A model generated the notes under the pieces. That model searched no databases and was not told where the DNA came from. It saw only the letters and a program-made list of their open reading frames with translations. DNA of 35,041 nt, taken from positions 1 through 35,041 of the IMG/VR virus record IMGVR_UViG_3300037045_000351; one strand, given 5' to 3'. Positions 27,001 through 35,041 of the stretch are shown here, one piece after another; within the stretch, counting starts at the first letter, position 1, and each line of letters opens with the position of its first letter. The position numbers were made by a program, and so were the translations under genes. The DNA is from a virus (Duplodnaviria > Caudoviricetes).

Positions 27001-27065
27001 ACGTCGACGACGGGCAACGCAAGAAACTCAACGTCAAGACGGCGATCAGCGGGGTGAGAACGTGA
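24018..27065 (+). CDS. Tape measure protein (TP901 family)
   Basis: DFESQISRV, AGTALR, 11-residue aromatic repeats, GIHSPSRV. Confidence 0.95.
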   Translation: MAFEDISVKIGADIGSFTKSMQQVESQMGAMGQKVSGAGQAMATTFGAAGGAIAAGLGFAVNKSMDFESQISRVGAIAGATGSELDALRNSALELGASTSKSASEVAVAQEGLAALGFTATDVIAAMPGVISAAESSGADMAQTAEVMASALNIFGLEAAESTRVADILAQTANMSAADINDMGYALKYAGPVAANLGVSMEELSASIGIMTNAGLDGSSAGTALRAGLLSLLNPSNENSKVMEAMGIQMTDNNGKFVGLSGVVQQLGSSMEGMTDAQKTATLASLVGTEASSGFLALMSAGPAEIDKMTASLENSGGASATAAAAMKDNLKGAMEEMGGAVETLQISIGTALTPAIQAATVFVTGLANAFNGLSPQMQSMIAIGAAVTAAVLLLGAALGGILMVVGGVMSAIAALGGVMAILGTALAVLTSPITLTIAGLVALGAAFAVLWAKSQTFRTVVTQAFTAIQQAAMQVFNFIRPYVIQAITAIQTSVSQGLNAIRAFWQQNGAQIMTIARAVWSVVQTIFSTYLANIVAVAKAGFTVLAAVVKTVFNVIKAVVTTVMKVIGGIVKTVLAVMRGDWSGALNAIKGIVSAVFNGIRSVVTSVMNGIRSVITSVWNGIKSTVTSAVNGIKSIVTSVFNALKSTVSGAMNGVRTAIVDGWNRAKSFLSSIDLSTIGRQIIQGLVNGIRAAAGGISDAVSAITDKIPATIKKLMGIHSPSRVTMALGKHTANGLAIGIRKNGKGAANAAAQVARNVTEKMKNLEVKYDTKKLSPTAYIAGLKKIASQFKLTGDQSRKMQKEIYAANQALDKADAKRSKTRIQQEQKVMAAQTKALANYKKQFADLKSSFNPADLFSAAGQGDTTGKELLANLRTQVWALDDYRKNIVRLAKRGVSGGLLDELKTAGPKASEQIAALAKLSLKDLKAYMSLYSKRNKITSDMAKNQLKSQVTKSKAALKTAQGQAKGEKLNEKVLENVIVLDGKVIGRSVQQYVDDGQRKKLNVKTAISGVRT

Positions 27066-27877
27066 AGGTATGGATTGAGAAACTAAACGGCGACATCATC
27101 GACCTCGAATCAATCGGGGTCTTTTGTCGTGACTTCGTGCCGGAATCCCCGGACTACGAGCACGAGTTCGCCACCCTGCCCGGACGCTCGGGCAACATCG
27201 ACAATGGCTCACGCTACGCCTCCCGTCGGGTCAAGGCGTCGTTTTACCTCAAGGCGATGAGCGTCGACAGCTACGCCATGTCCCGCGACCGCGTGTATCG
27301 CGTCCTCGACAGCAAAGAGGCGTACTACATCGTCGAGAGCCGGACGCCATGGAAGCGGCGCAAGGTGAAGCTCGCGAGCCCGTTCGAGATGGAACAGACG
27401 CGCATCTACGGATTTTTCGAAGTCGAATGGGAGACAGTCGGCATCCCGTTCGCAGAGAGTCGTCTCACGAGCCGACAACCGAAGGAATGGCAGAACTCCG
27501 GTTGGTATTGGGGCTCCGGCATCCGTTGGGGCGAAGGCATGAACCTGTTCGACTCGTCATCCTTTACCGTGCATAACGCAGGGGACGTCGATGTCGTCGG
27601 GACAGAAGCGATGCTCAACATCGAATTTACAGGGCCGTCGTCCAACCTCACCATCACGAACCTCACGACGGGGCAGAGTTGGGCGTATAACGCGAAGACA
27701 CTGGCGGGGGATGTCATTACCCTAACGGGTGTCCGCAAGCTCAAGAACGGCGCTTCAATCGTCTTGGACAGCGGGCGGACGGTGTTCAAACTCGCGCCGG
27801 GCGACAATCAATTTCGAGTCACAGGAGCGACCGGGGCGTTCACAATCAGCTTCGAGTTTCGCTACCTGTACACCTAG
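27062..27877 (+). CDS. Distal tail protein (Dit)
   Basis: LPGRSG, PFAES, HNAGD, FKLAPGDNQF; follows the tape measure gene. Confidence 0.88.
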   Translation: MKVWIEKLNGDIIDLESIGVFCRDFVPESPDYEHEFATLPGRSGNIDNGSRYASRRVKASFYLKAMSVDSYAMSRDRVYRVLDSKEAYYIVESRTPWKRRKVKLASPFEMEQTRIYGFFEVEWETVGIPFAESRLTSRQPKEWQNSGWYWGSGIRWGEGMNLFDSSSFTVHNAGDVDVVGTEAMLNIEFTGPSSNLTITNLTTGQSWAYNAKTLAGDVITLTGVRKLKNGASIVLDSGRTVFKLAPGDNQFRVTGATGAFTISFEFRYLYT

Positions 27878-27886
27878 GAGGGCGTC

Positions 27887-29431
27887 ATGCTACTCATCAC
27901 AGACTTACAAGGGAATACCGAGGCGCTCGTCAGTGTCACGTCCCTCAAACGAGTGCGCGCGGTCAATGGTGAGCGTTCCCTCACCTTCACGGCGTTCTTG
28001 CAAGACGCGGACGCATTCGGTTACGAGGCGTTGCAGGGCGAGAGTGTCGTCGAGTTCGAGGGCGAGCGTTACGTCGTCCGTGACGTGCACGAGGAGGCGC
28101 TTGGCGAAGGGCGCATGAAAGAGGTCGCTTGCCTACACGAGTTCTTCGTCAAAATGCTCGATGATTGGCTGTATACGACGCAGACGGGTACCCTGTCCCT
28201 CACATCGGCGCTCAATACCGTGTTCAACGGGACGGGATACACGTTCCAAATTATCGGCACGTACAGCAACAAGGAGTTCGAGAACTTCGGGGATGACACC
28301 CGTTCCGCGTTGTTCCAGAATTTGTTGAATCGGTGGGGGCTTGAGTTCGAACTGTCCGGCAGTCTCGTGCGCGTCATGCAACAGGTCGGACCGGACACGG
28401 ACTACCAACTACGGTACAACCACAACTTGGCGGCGTTGTCCTATGACGAGGATTGGAGCAACCTCACCACCTACGTCAAAGGGTTCGGCAAGCCGTTATC
28501 TGACGGGACGTTCGAGGTGCAAGGCGAGTACTTCGCTCCGACCGTCTCGCTATACGGCATCAAGCACGCCAAACCGGTGCGGGATGAGCGGATCACGACG
28601 GTCTCGTCCCTCAATGCGGCCATGCAAGCGGCCGTCTCGCCGTACCCGATTATCACCATCGAACTCGACCTCGTCGTCTTGCGACAAGAATCCGGCTATG
28701 ACGCGTCTCCTGCTGAGGGGGCGCGTTTGTTGTTGGTGCACGAACCGCTTGGTCTCGACCTTGTGACACGCGTCATGCAAATCGCGGACACGTTCGAGTG
28801 GCGAGATGGCGAATTTAAAGTTATCGACACGGAGCTGACGCTCGCGAACCTCAAGAAAGACATCACGGACGTGCAAGCGCAGTTCTCGGCCACGAAAAAG
28901 CAGGTGGATAAGGTCTTCACGGCCTCAGGCGTGGTCAACACGCAGGTGCTCGATGCGGACGTCAAAGCGGCCGTCCAACAGATGCAACAGATCACGAGCG
29001 AGCTGCTCGCGCAAGGTGGCCTTCGTGCCATCTCGCGCACGGCTGCAAACCGGCGTGTCGTCTTTACGGCCGAGGGAATCGGCACGAGCCTAGACGCCGG
29101 CGCAACGTATGAAGAAGCGCTGACGGCCGAGGGGGTCAACCTTACCAACAGCTTCGGCAATCTTCCTGCGGAACGGGTGGACGGCTTACAAGCGTCACTG
29201 GACGGCGTGTACGGACGAGTAGATTCACTTGAACTCATCGACGCCGGCACTCGCCTCACGAACCTTGAGGATGAGCAAGGGGCGCGGTTGGAAAGTGCGC
29301 GCGGGACGACATTAGAACGCCCGACGCTGACGACAACGGACGACGGCTTTATCTACTACGACCGCGACTTGCTCAAGTTGATTCTTTGGAACGGTACAGC
29401 ATGGACGAACGTAGACGGAACAACATTATAA
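27887..29431 (+). CDS. Tal-like tail protein (prophage tail endopeptidase family) with a fibre-like C-terminus
   Basis: VNGERSLTF, FENFGD, LRYNHNL, TYVKGFG, DERIT; terminal GTTLERP...YYDRDL...WNGTAW. Confidence 0.85.
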   Translation: MLLITDLQGNTEALVSVTSLKRVRAVNGERSLTFTAFLQDADAFGYEALQGESVVEFEGERYVVRDVHEEALGEGRMKEVACLHEFFVKMLDDWLYTTQTGTLSLTSALNTVFNGTGYTFQIIGTYSNKEFENFGDDTRSALFQNLLNRWGLEFELSGSLVRVMQQVGPDTDYQLRYNHNLAALSYDEDWSNLTTYVKGFGKPLSDGTFEVQGEYFAPTVSLYGIKHAKPVRDERITTVSSLNAAMQAAVSPYPIITIELDLVVLRQESGYDASPAEGARLLLVHEPLGLDLVTRVMQIADTFEWRDGEFKVIDTELTLANLKKDITDVQAQFSATKKQVDKVFTASGVVNTQVLDADVKAAVQQMQQITSELLAQGGLRAISRTAANRRVVFTAEGIGTSLDAGATYEEALTAEGVNLTNSFGNLPAERVDGLQASLDGVYGRVDSLELIDAGTRLTNLEDEQGARLESARGTTLERPTLTTTDDGFIYYDRDLLKLILWNGTAWTNVDGTTL

Positions 29432-29443
29432 GGAGTGACGCGC

Positions 29444-31453
29444 ATGGCAAATTATCCATACCGGGATTTAGGAATCCCATTAGATTTAGAGAATTGGGAA
29501 GCGCTGAACAGAAATTTTGACGATATTGGTACAGACGTTTCGCAAATTCAAACGCAAGTTAATGCGCTAGTAATCAGTGGTGATTCTTCTCCGGAGGCGG
29601 CACAGGCTCGTGTCGGTTCAAACGGGGGATTATATACCACATTGAAGATGAGATTAGACGCGGAAAATGTTGAATTAAATCAAAAATATTTCAATTTAAA
29701 CGAGGAGATTAGTAATAATCAAACAATCGTTTTGGATCAGTTAGCGGAAAAATTATCCAAAGGAGATGTGGCGGTATCGGATATTGACAAAAACAAAGGC
29801 AAGTTCGATCAAACGTATATGACCGACGGTTTTTTGCAACAGATTGCCGGTACAGCCCCAATCAACGCCGTTCCTGCCGATTACTCCATTACAACCAAAA
29901 AACTGGCGTTTGATCCAGTTATCGGTACGCCGTCAAAAAACTTGTTCGATAAATCGACCGCTATCAACGAAAGTTGGTTACTGTCCACAACGGGAGCTGT
30001 TTTTTCCGCGCCGGATTATTTCGCAAGTCAGCCGATACCTGTAACGCCAGGTGCAACTTACAGCATCTCGCCAATCAGCGGAAACACGCGTGTCGTCTTT
30101 TATGATACCAATAACGCGTTACTAGCTTTGCATGACAACAAAAACACGTTTGCCGCTCCGGCTAACGCCGCGTATGCGCGTTTGGGGAATGGGAACGCAA
30201 CCCTTAACACCACACAATTCGAAAAAAACGCCACTCCTACAGCGTATGCACCTTTCGGGGCCACATTGGACGGAAGTCAACTGGCGCCAAACTCGGTGAC
30301 GCACAAAGAGATTAGTTTCTTTGCCCCGCCCGAACGCTTGTATAGTTTTAAAGATGCGTGGATTGCTTGGGAAAATAACGAGCGCTTCCCTGTCGGCTTT
30401 CTAGGCGATAGCACGACTGACGGCGCGGGAACATCGGTGTTTACCGACGCGAACCGGCATGAAGCGCAAGACATTGCGGCCGGTGGTTTCGGTCGCGTGG
30501 ATTACATCAACACGAAGGCATACCCATACTTGCTCGAACAGCATATCAAGCAGGAGACGGGACAGACCGCACCACGGATTTACAACATCGGCTATTCGGG
30601 AACCTACTTCGACTGGGCAAAACCGAAGCTAGATGACATCTTCGGCTATGCCTATAGTGACGTCAAGATGGTCGGCATCAGTTACGGCATCAACGACCGG
30701 ACGCGCGTCTCGAACGTGAAAGACTATGAAGCGATGATGCGGAGCAATCTCGATTATTTCATCAATTATTTCTTCAACAAAGGGATTCAACCGTTCATCG
30801 TCACATCACAGGCGACCGTGGAGCCGTGGGATCAGTTTGAAGGCACGTATCCATTGCGGACTGCCGAAGACATCAATTCCGTCGCGAACCGAGTCAAACG
30901 CGAGATGGCGAACAAGTACAACCTCGAAGTCATGGAGATGACTGACTTCGGTGAACACGCATTCCTGTACAGCCAGTACACGTTGACCGAACTGGTCAAC
31001 GACACGTTGCACTTTAGCGACAAAGGGAACGAACTCGAAGCGGGTTACTTGTTCAGCAAACTTTGCCCGCGCGTTATCGTCACAAAAGACAGCGAAATCC
31101 TCGGATTCTCGTCGCAAAAAGTGAAGTCGTTCGTTCCTACCCAAAAAGGGACGACCATTTTCTACCTCAACCCGTTCGAGGATGGGTTCAAGGTCAAGGC
31201 CAACTACACGAAGGCGGACACGAATGATTTACTCATTCAAGATTTTTGGGTACTGAATTACAGCAAAAAGCAACTCACGCTCAAAGCGTTCTTGACGTCC
31301 GCCGGAAGCCAATACGTGAAACTTAATGGGGCGGACATCAATTTGACGTCGAACGGGCAGACGCTCGGGACGCTAGATGTCGGTTTGCATCGCATCCAAG
31401 TGTTCTCCGGCGCATCGGCCACGGTCGATTTCAAAGGGTTCACACTCACGTAA
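29444..31453 (+). CDS. Tail spike / receptor-binding protein with SGNH (GDSL) hydrolase domain
   Basis: GDSSPEAAQAR anchor motif; GDST, GYSG, YGIND and DTLH blocks. Confidence 0.85.
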   Translation: MANYPYRDLGIPLDLENWEALNRNFDDIGTDVSQIQTQVNALVISGDSSPEAAQARVGSNGGLYTTLKMRLDAENVELNQKYFNLNEEISNNQTIVLDQLAEKLSKGDVAVSDIDKNKGKFDQTYMTDGFLQQIAGTAPINAVPADYSITTKKLAFDPVIGTPSKNLFDKSTAINESWLLSTTGAVFSAPDYFASQPIPVTPGATYSISPISGNTRVVFYDTNNALLALHDNKNTFAAPANAAYARLGNGNATLNTTQFEKNATPTAYAPFGATLDGSQLAPNSVTHKEISFFAPPERLYSFKDAWIAWENNERFPVGFLGDSTTDGAGTSVFTDANRHEAQDIAAGGFGRVDYINTKAYPYLLEQHIKQETGQTAPRIYNIGYSGTYFDWAKPKLDDIFGYAYSDVKMVGISYGINDRTRVSNVKDYEAMMRSNLDYFINYFFNKGIQPFIVTSQATVEPWDQFEGTYPLRTAEDINSVANRVKREMANKYNLEVMEMTDFGEHAFLYSQYTLTELVNDTLHFSDKGNELEAGYLFSKLCPRVIVTKDSEILGFSSQKVKSFVPTQKGTTIFYLNPFEDGFKVKANYTKADTNDLLIQDFWVLNYSKKQLTLKAFLTSAGSQYVKLNGADINLTSNGQTLGTLDVGLHRIQVFSGASATVDFKGFTLT

Positions 31454-31489
31454 TCTATGTAGGTATTGGATGATTATACGCCATAAAAC

Positions 31490-31518
31490 AAGCGCTCCCT
31501 CGGGGCGCTTTTTGTTTT
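31490..31518 (+). terminator. Intrinsic terminator before the lysis genes
   Basis: AAGCGCTCC-CTCG-GGGCGCTT-TTTGTTTT. Confidence 0.8.
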
Positions 31519-31556
31519 ACCCACACACACTCAACTCACAGCTAGGGGGTCATCAC

Positions 31557-32000
31557 TTGTCGCAAAACGAAGGGGTGAACGAATTGGAACTCTTACGCGA
31601 ACAGGTCAAGGGTCATCAGCGTATCTTGGAAGAGCACACGGATATCCTGAAACAGCACGCCGAGTCCTTCGAGGACGTCATGCGAAAACAGAAAGAACAC
31701 GACGACCAGATCAAGGAAATCAATGCGAACTATTTAAAGTTAGAGAACGTCATTTACAGCGAGAACAAGGAGACCCGCAACACAATGCAAGTCACGACGG
31801 ACCGTCTCTTTCACCTCATCGAACAAATGACAGGTCAAAAACAGGCGTCTACAGCCCTTGAATACGATTTTAAAAAAGCGGCACTCGAAGTGTCAGATAA
31901 AAAGTCACAACGACTGTGGGAATGGTTCGGCAAGGCAGCAGGAGCGGGCGGTGTCATCGCGCTCGTCGTCGCGGCGTTGTTGCAGTTACTCGGACAATAG
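31557..32000 (+). CDS. Coiled-coil protein with C-terminal TM (XhlA-like lysis accessory)
   Basis: TTG start after AGGGGG; GGVIALVVAALLQLLG; precedes the holin. Confidence 0.7.
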   Translation: MSQNEGVNELELLREQVKGHQRILEEHTDILKQHAESFEDVMRKQKEHDDQIKEINANYLKLENVIYSENKETRNTMQVTTDRLFHLIEQMTGQKQASTALEYDFKKAALEVSDKKSQRLWEWFGKAAGAGGVIALVVAALLQLLGQ

Positions 32001-32011
32001 GAGGTTTAACT

Positions 32012-32287
32012 ATGGACAATCAACGATTCATCGCATTCGCACGACTCACCGTCCCGTTCTACGCGCTCGTCAACGCCTTCTTACTCTCGCTCGGTTACAA
32101 TCCCATGCCGTTTAGTGACGAAGAGGTCACAGCCGCCGTGAACACAGTCATCGGGGCAGTCGGGACATTGTACGTCTGGTGGAAGAACTCAAACGTGACA
32201 CGGGAGGCACAGGAAGCGCAACTGATCTACGACCAAGTGAAACGCGTGAAACAGGAAGTGACCGTGACGAAGGAGGAAGACAAATGA
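32012..32287 (+). CDS. SPP1-family holin
   Basis: ALVNAFL...GYNPMPFSDEEV...WWKNSNVTREA. Confidence 0.92.
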   Translation: MDNQRFIAFARLTVPFYALVNAFLLSLGYNPMPFSDEEVTAAVNTVIGAVGTLYVWWKNSNVTREAQEAQLIYDQVKRVKQEVTVTKEEDK

Positions 32288-33192
32288 GTTACAAGGTCCG
32301 TCAGCTCTGGCTCGACCCTGCCAAGTACCACATCAAGGCGCCACACGCCATGAAAGCCAAATACATCACGATCCACAACACGGCGAACGACGCGAGTGCC
32401 GCTAACGAGATTGCATACATGCTCCGTAACTCGAACGCCACCTCGTATCACGTCGCGATTGACGACAAGGAAGCAATCGAGTCTATCCCGTTTAGCCGGA
32501 ACGCCTGGCACGCGGGTGACGGGGCATACGGCAAAGGAAACCGCGAATCAATCGGGATTGAGATTTGCTACTCGAAGTCGGGCGGGAAACGTTATGAGGA
32601 GGCGGAGGCAAATGCGATTGAATACACCGCACGTGCACTGGTCCAGTTGGGACTCCCAGCTTCCGCCGTGAAGTTTCATCAAGAGTGGAGCGGGAAGAAT
32701 TGCCCGCACCGGATTCTCGACGAGAAACGCGGTAACGCCTTCAAGCAAGCTATTGCGAAGCGATACGCCGAACTTAAGAACCCGAAACCTGCATCGAAAC
32801 CCGCCGCACCAAAACCATCCGTGAAGCCTGTCGAGAAAATCAAAATCGGCTCGCTCATCACGAAAAATGACGTCGCCACGTATTCACGCCCGGACTGGGA
32901 TGCGAAGACGAGCCGCGTCATCAAGAAGGGGCAGAACCGTCACGTCTACGGCATTGACCGCGGATGGTATCAACTGTTCAACGGTGACTGGCTCCCGTCG
33001 GAATACGGCGAGAACTTCGACTATATGCCGCTCAAGAAACCCGAACCGGTCAAGAAGCCGGAGAAAGTGTTGAAACGCGTCATCGTCGACGGCAAGCAAG
33101 TCGGCGCCTTTGCACAACCAGAGAGTGTCCTACGCGGCGTCTCCGAGGCGCTCGACGACAAGGCGAAGACCATCACCATCAAAGATGTGTAA
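32284..33192 (+). CDS. Endolysin, N-acetylmuramoyl-L-alanine amidase (Amidase_2)
   Basis: ITIHNTANDASA, SYHVAIDD, AWHAGDG, SIGIEIC, HQEWSGKNCP. Confidence 0.95.
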   Translation: MSYKVRQLWLDPAKYHIKAPHAMKAKYITIHNTANDASAANEIAYMLRNSNATSYHVAIDDKEAIESIPFSRNAWHAGDGAYGKGNRESIGIEICYSKSGGKRYEEAEANAIEYTARALVQLGLPASAVKFHQEWSGKNCPHRILDEKRGNAFKQAIAKRYAELKNPKPASKPAAPKPSVKPVEKIKIGSLITKNDVATYSRPDWDAKTSRVIKKGQNRHVYGIDRGWYQLFNGDWLPSEYGENFDYMPLKKPEPVKKPEKVLKRVIVDGKQVGAFAQPESVLRGVSEALDDKAKTITIKDV

Positions 33193-33203
33193 TCACGACA
33201 AAA

Positions 33204-33231
33204 CCCCACTCGCTTGAGTGGGGCCTTTTTT
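33204..33231 (+). terminator. Terminator after the endolysin
   Basis: CCCCACTC-GCTT-GAGTGGGG-CC-TTTTTT. Confidence 0.85.
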
Positions 33232-33241
33232 ATTTGCAGAT

Positions 33242-33264
33242 AAAAAGCCCTCTGGCGAGAGCTC
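33242..33264 (-). terminator. Terminator of the 52-aa minus-strand gene
   Basis: Minus strand GAGCTCTC-GCCA-GAGGGCTT-TTT. Confidence 0.7.
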
Positions 33265-33421
33265 ACTTGGCTAGCTTGATCCGTTTATCCTGCGTCACGT
33301 ACTTGGTGACCGAGCCTGTTTGCTCCACCGTCACCGCGTGCAGCTTGCGCAATAACTCCTCGACTTCCTTCGCCGTGCCTGAAATCGCCACTTGGGTCCC
33401 ACCGATGACCGCGATTTTCAT
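33263..33421 (-). CDS. 52-aa hypothetical protein (not in the ORF track)
   Basis: AGGAGG RBS; MKIAVIGGTQVAISGTAKEVEELLRKLHAVTVEQTGSVTKYVTQDKRIKLAK; own terminator. Confidence 0.7.
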   Translation of the reverse strand: MKIAVIGGTQVAISGTAKEVEELLRKLHAVTVEQTGSVTKYVTQDKRIKLAK

Positions 33422-33499
33422 GATGCCCTCCTATCTAGTTGACTAGACGACTTATATACTACAAGTTACCCCGTATATAAGGAAGGGAAACTTTCGAAA

Positions 33500-33525
33500 A
33501 TTGCACACGGATTGCACATTGCACA
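33500..33525. repeat. ATTGCACA x3, probable integrase arm-type sites near attR
   Basis: Copies at 33500, 33511 and 33518; ATTGCACG also at positions 3-10 at the int stop. Confidence 0.55.
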
Positions 33526-33608
33526 TCCAATTACCCGTTTTATCCATATGCTTTTGGAACATCTTCATAAGCAGAAAGCTATATAACCCTCGCGTTTCAT
33601 ACGTTTTT

Positions 33609-33637
33609 TTGACAGTACTATCGCGGTAGTCTATAAT
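33609..33637 (+). promoter_or_regulatory. Consensus SigA promoter with a palindromic spacer
   Basis: TTGACA-17 nt-TATAAT; spacer contains ACTATCG-CGGTAGT. Confidence 0.85.
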
Positions 33638-33683
33638 TAGCAATTGTGTATAGGACTTTAGAAATGTAACTTAAAGGAGCTTC

Positions 33684-33926
33684 ATGATTATGTCGAATGC
33701 AAAGAAAAGAATCTCGCTCACGATTGACGCTGACTTAGACCAGGTCATCACAGAGCGTGCGAAACAAATCGGGATCCCGAAAAGTGCCCTCGTCACGTTC
33801 GCGACAAGCCTCTTCCTCAACCAATTGCGGGCCGAAGAAGTATTGTCAGGCGACACGAATGCCATCTATCAGGTCATCCGTAAAGACTATGAACTGCTCA
33901 CGAGCGTTGATAACTTAGACAAATAA
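33684..33926 (+). CDS. Ribbon-helix-helix (CopG-like) protein
   Basis: KKRISLTIDADLDQVITERAKQIGIPKSALV; AAGGAG RBS; start may be 33690. Confidence 0.82.
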   Translation: MIMSNAKKRISLTIDADLDQVITERAKQIGIPKSALVTFATSLFLNQLRAEEVLSGDTNAIYQVIRKDYELLTSVDNLDK

Positions 33927-33931
33927 TTGCG

Positions 33932-33958
33932 AAAGGCTGACTCCGGTCAGCCTTTTTT
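33932..33958 (+). terminator. Intrinsic terminator
   Basis: AAAGGCTGAC-TCCG-GTCAGCCTTT-TTT. Confidence 0.88.
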
Positions 33959-34021
33959 GGTTGCATCCGGCCCTGAAATTTGGAATAGTGGTTATATTGA
34001 ATTCGAATGGAGGTCGTTCCA

Positions 34022-34537
34022 ATGGGGCAAATCTTGCTCATCCTAGTATTACAACTCGTCTATGTACCGGTGCTGACGCTTCGTACCATCATGCTCGTCA
34101 AAGGAAAAACGATGATTGCGGGGCTGTTCGGTACGCTTGAGACGCTTATCTATATCTTCGCGCTCGGCATCGTGTTCCAAGATTTGACGACACTCGGGAT
34201 GATCGTCTATGCGGTCGGCTTCGGACTTGGGATTCTCGTCGGCGGTTACGTCGAGCGGAAACTTGCGATCGGCTACAATATGATTCAAGTCCACACACAA
34301 GAGTTCCCGGCCGAGCTCATCCAGAAGATGCGCGACAGCGGCTACGGGGTGACACACTACCAAGGGCAGGGACGTGACGGCATCCGCTATCGTCTCGATG
34401 TCTTGGCAGCGCGGACACGGATGAAAGATTTGCGCCAAATGGTCGAGGAGTATGAACCGAAGGCGTTCCTCGTCGCTTTCGATCCAATCGACTTTAAAGG
34501 CGGCTATATGATGAAAGGGCTCCGACGCCCGAAATGA
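34022..34537 (+). CDS. UPF0316/DUF2179 membrane protein (YebE-like), host gene
   Basis: QLVYVPVLTLRTI, YAVGFGLG, EYEPKAF...FKGG. Confidence 0.88.
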   Translation: MGQILLILVLQLVYVPVLTLRTIMLVKGKTMIAGLFGTLETLIYIFALGIVFQDLTTLGMIVYAVGFGLGILVGGYVERKLAIGYNMIQVHTQEFPAELIQKMRDSGYGVTHYQGQGRDGIRYRLDVLAARTRMKDLRQMVEEYEPKAFLVAFDPIDFKGGYMMKGLRRPK

Positions 34538-34541
34538 ACAG

Positions 34542-34570
34542 GACGACTCACGAAAGTGGGTCGTTTTTTT
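34542..34570 (+). terminator. Intrinsic terminator
   Basis: ACGACTCAC-GAAA-GTGGGTCGT-TTTTTT. Confidence 0.85.
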
Positions 34571-34600
34571 CGTAGGACGGGGAATAGACGTACAAAGGGG

Positions 34601-35041
34601 ATGAGCGGGTTGAGACGAAAAGGATTATGGATTGTTGTGATTGGGTTGCTCGTGGTCGGCGGGGCGTTGTACGCCACCTCGTTTTGGAACTCGGAGTCGT
34701 CACTGAAACCACCGCTCCCGACGGTCCGGGTCGGAACCGTGACCGCGGAAGTGAAACAGTCGACATTCTGTTGGTCGGACGGGGGCGAGGCGGTATGCGA
34801 GGACCACGCTCTGCCGGAGGCGGATGACCTACAGCTCGTGCCGGTCGAAGCGGGTACCGAGATTGATGTCGAGTTCCACGCCGAGCCGTCGAACGCCTCG
34901 TTCCATCAACTCGTCGATGGGGAACTTGTCCCGGCTGAACCGGTCGTGCCAGACGAGCCGGGCGTCTATGTATTCGAGACGGGCGGGGATTGGCCGCAAG
35001 GCGATAGCCGCTATGTATTCGGGGTCGAGGTCAAAGAATAA
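34601..35041 (+). CDS. Exported or membrane-anchored hypothetical protein, host gene
   Basis: AAGGGG RBS; N-terminal basic and hydrophobic segment; FCW...C motif. Confidence 0.75.
   Translation: MSGLRRKGLWIVVIGLLVVGGALYATSFWNSESSLKPPLPTVRVGTVTAEVKQSTFCWSDGGEAVCEDHALPEADDLQLVPVEAGTEIDVEFHAEPSNASFHQLVDGELVPAEPVVPDEPGVYVFETGGDWPQGDSRYVFGVEVKE

Larger units (their letters stand above)
1..33550. mobile_element. Temperate siphovirus prophage, apparently complete; right boundary approximate, attL outside the window
   Basis: Contiguous integrase, immunity, replication, packaging, head, tail and lysis modules in canonical order; host-like genes follow. Confidence 0.93.

Noticed and set aside
27887-31453. 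Diversity-generating retroelement or invertible tail cassette
   Set aside because: No reverse transcriptase, template/variable repeat pair or invertase seen
33526-34006. Exact attR core
   Set aside because: attL is outside the window, so no direct repeat can be verified
4-35041. Long opposite-strand or alternate-frame ORFs (e.g. 4-627, 18695-19393, 23514-24227, 25490-26173)
   Set aside because: They shadow well-supported genes and have no RBS or motifs

Overview
Positions 1 to about 33,550 are an apparently complete temperate siphovirus prophage in a Bacillales chromosome (an Exiguobacterium-like host is my inference only), followed by about 1.5 kb of probable host sequence. The gene order is integrase, a membrane moron, a 66-aa ORF with a LexA box, and the cI/cro switch. 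Next come the BRO antirepressor, Xis-like protein, ERF, SSB, an initiator with an internal origin, a multi-HTH cluster and an ArpU-like activator. The accessory early genes include DUF3310, RecU, an MT-A70 methylase and a dimeric dUTPase. The late region has terS/terL, an SPP1-type portal, a HExxH protein, MuF, scaffold, capsid and a long non-contractile tail (with a -1 chaperone frameshift and an SGNH tail protein), then the lysis genes. The most notable unexplained features are: (i) a LexA-box-controlled 66-aa gene converging on a repressor that lacks a self-cleavage domain, a candidate SOS-induction module; (ii) twin hairpins with complementary loops before the scaffold gene; (iii) a structured, terminated leader RNA behind the late promoter; (iv) small ORFs joined by a conserved G-rich junction, one apparently fused by a poly-G slip; (v) triple-HTH proteins alongside triple 11-bp repeats. 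All assignments come from reading motifs by eye; no searches or folding programs were run.
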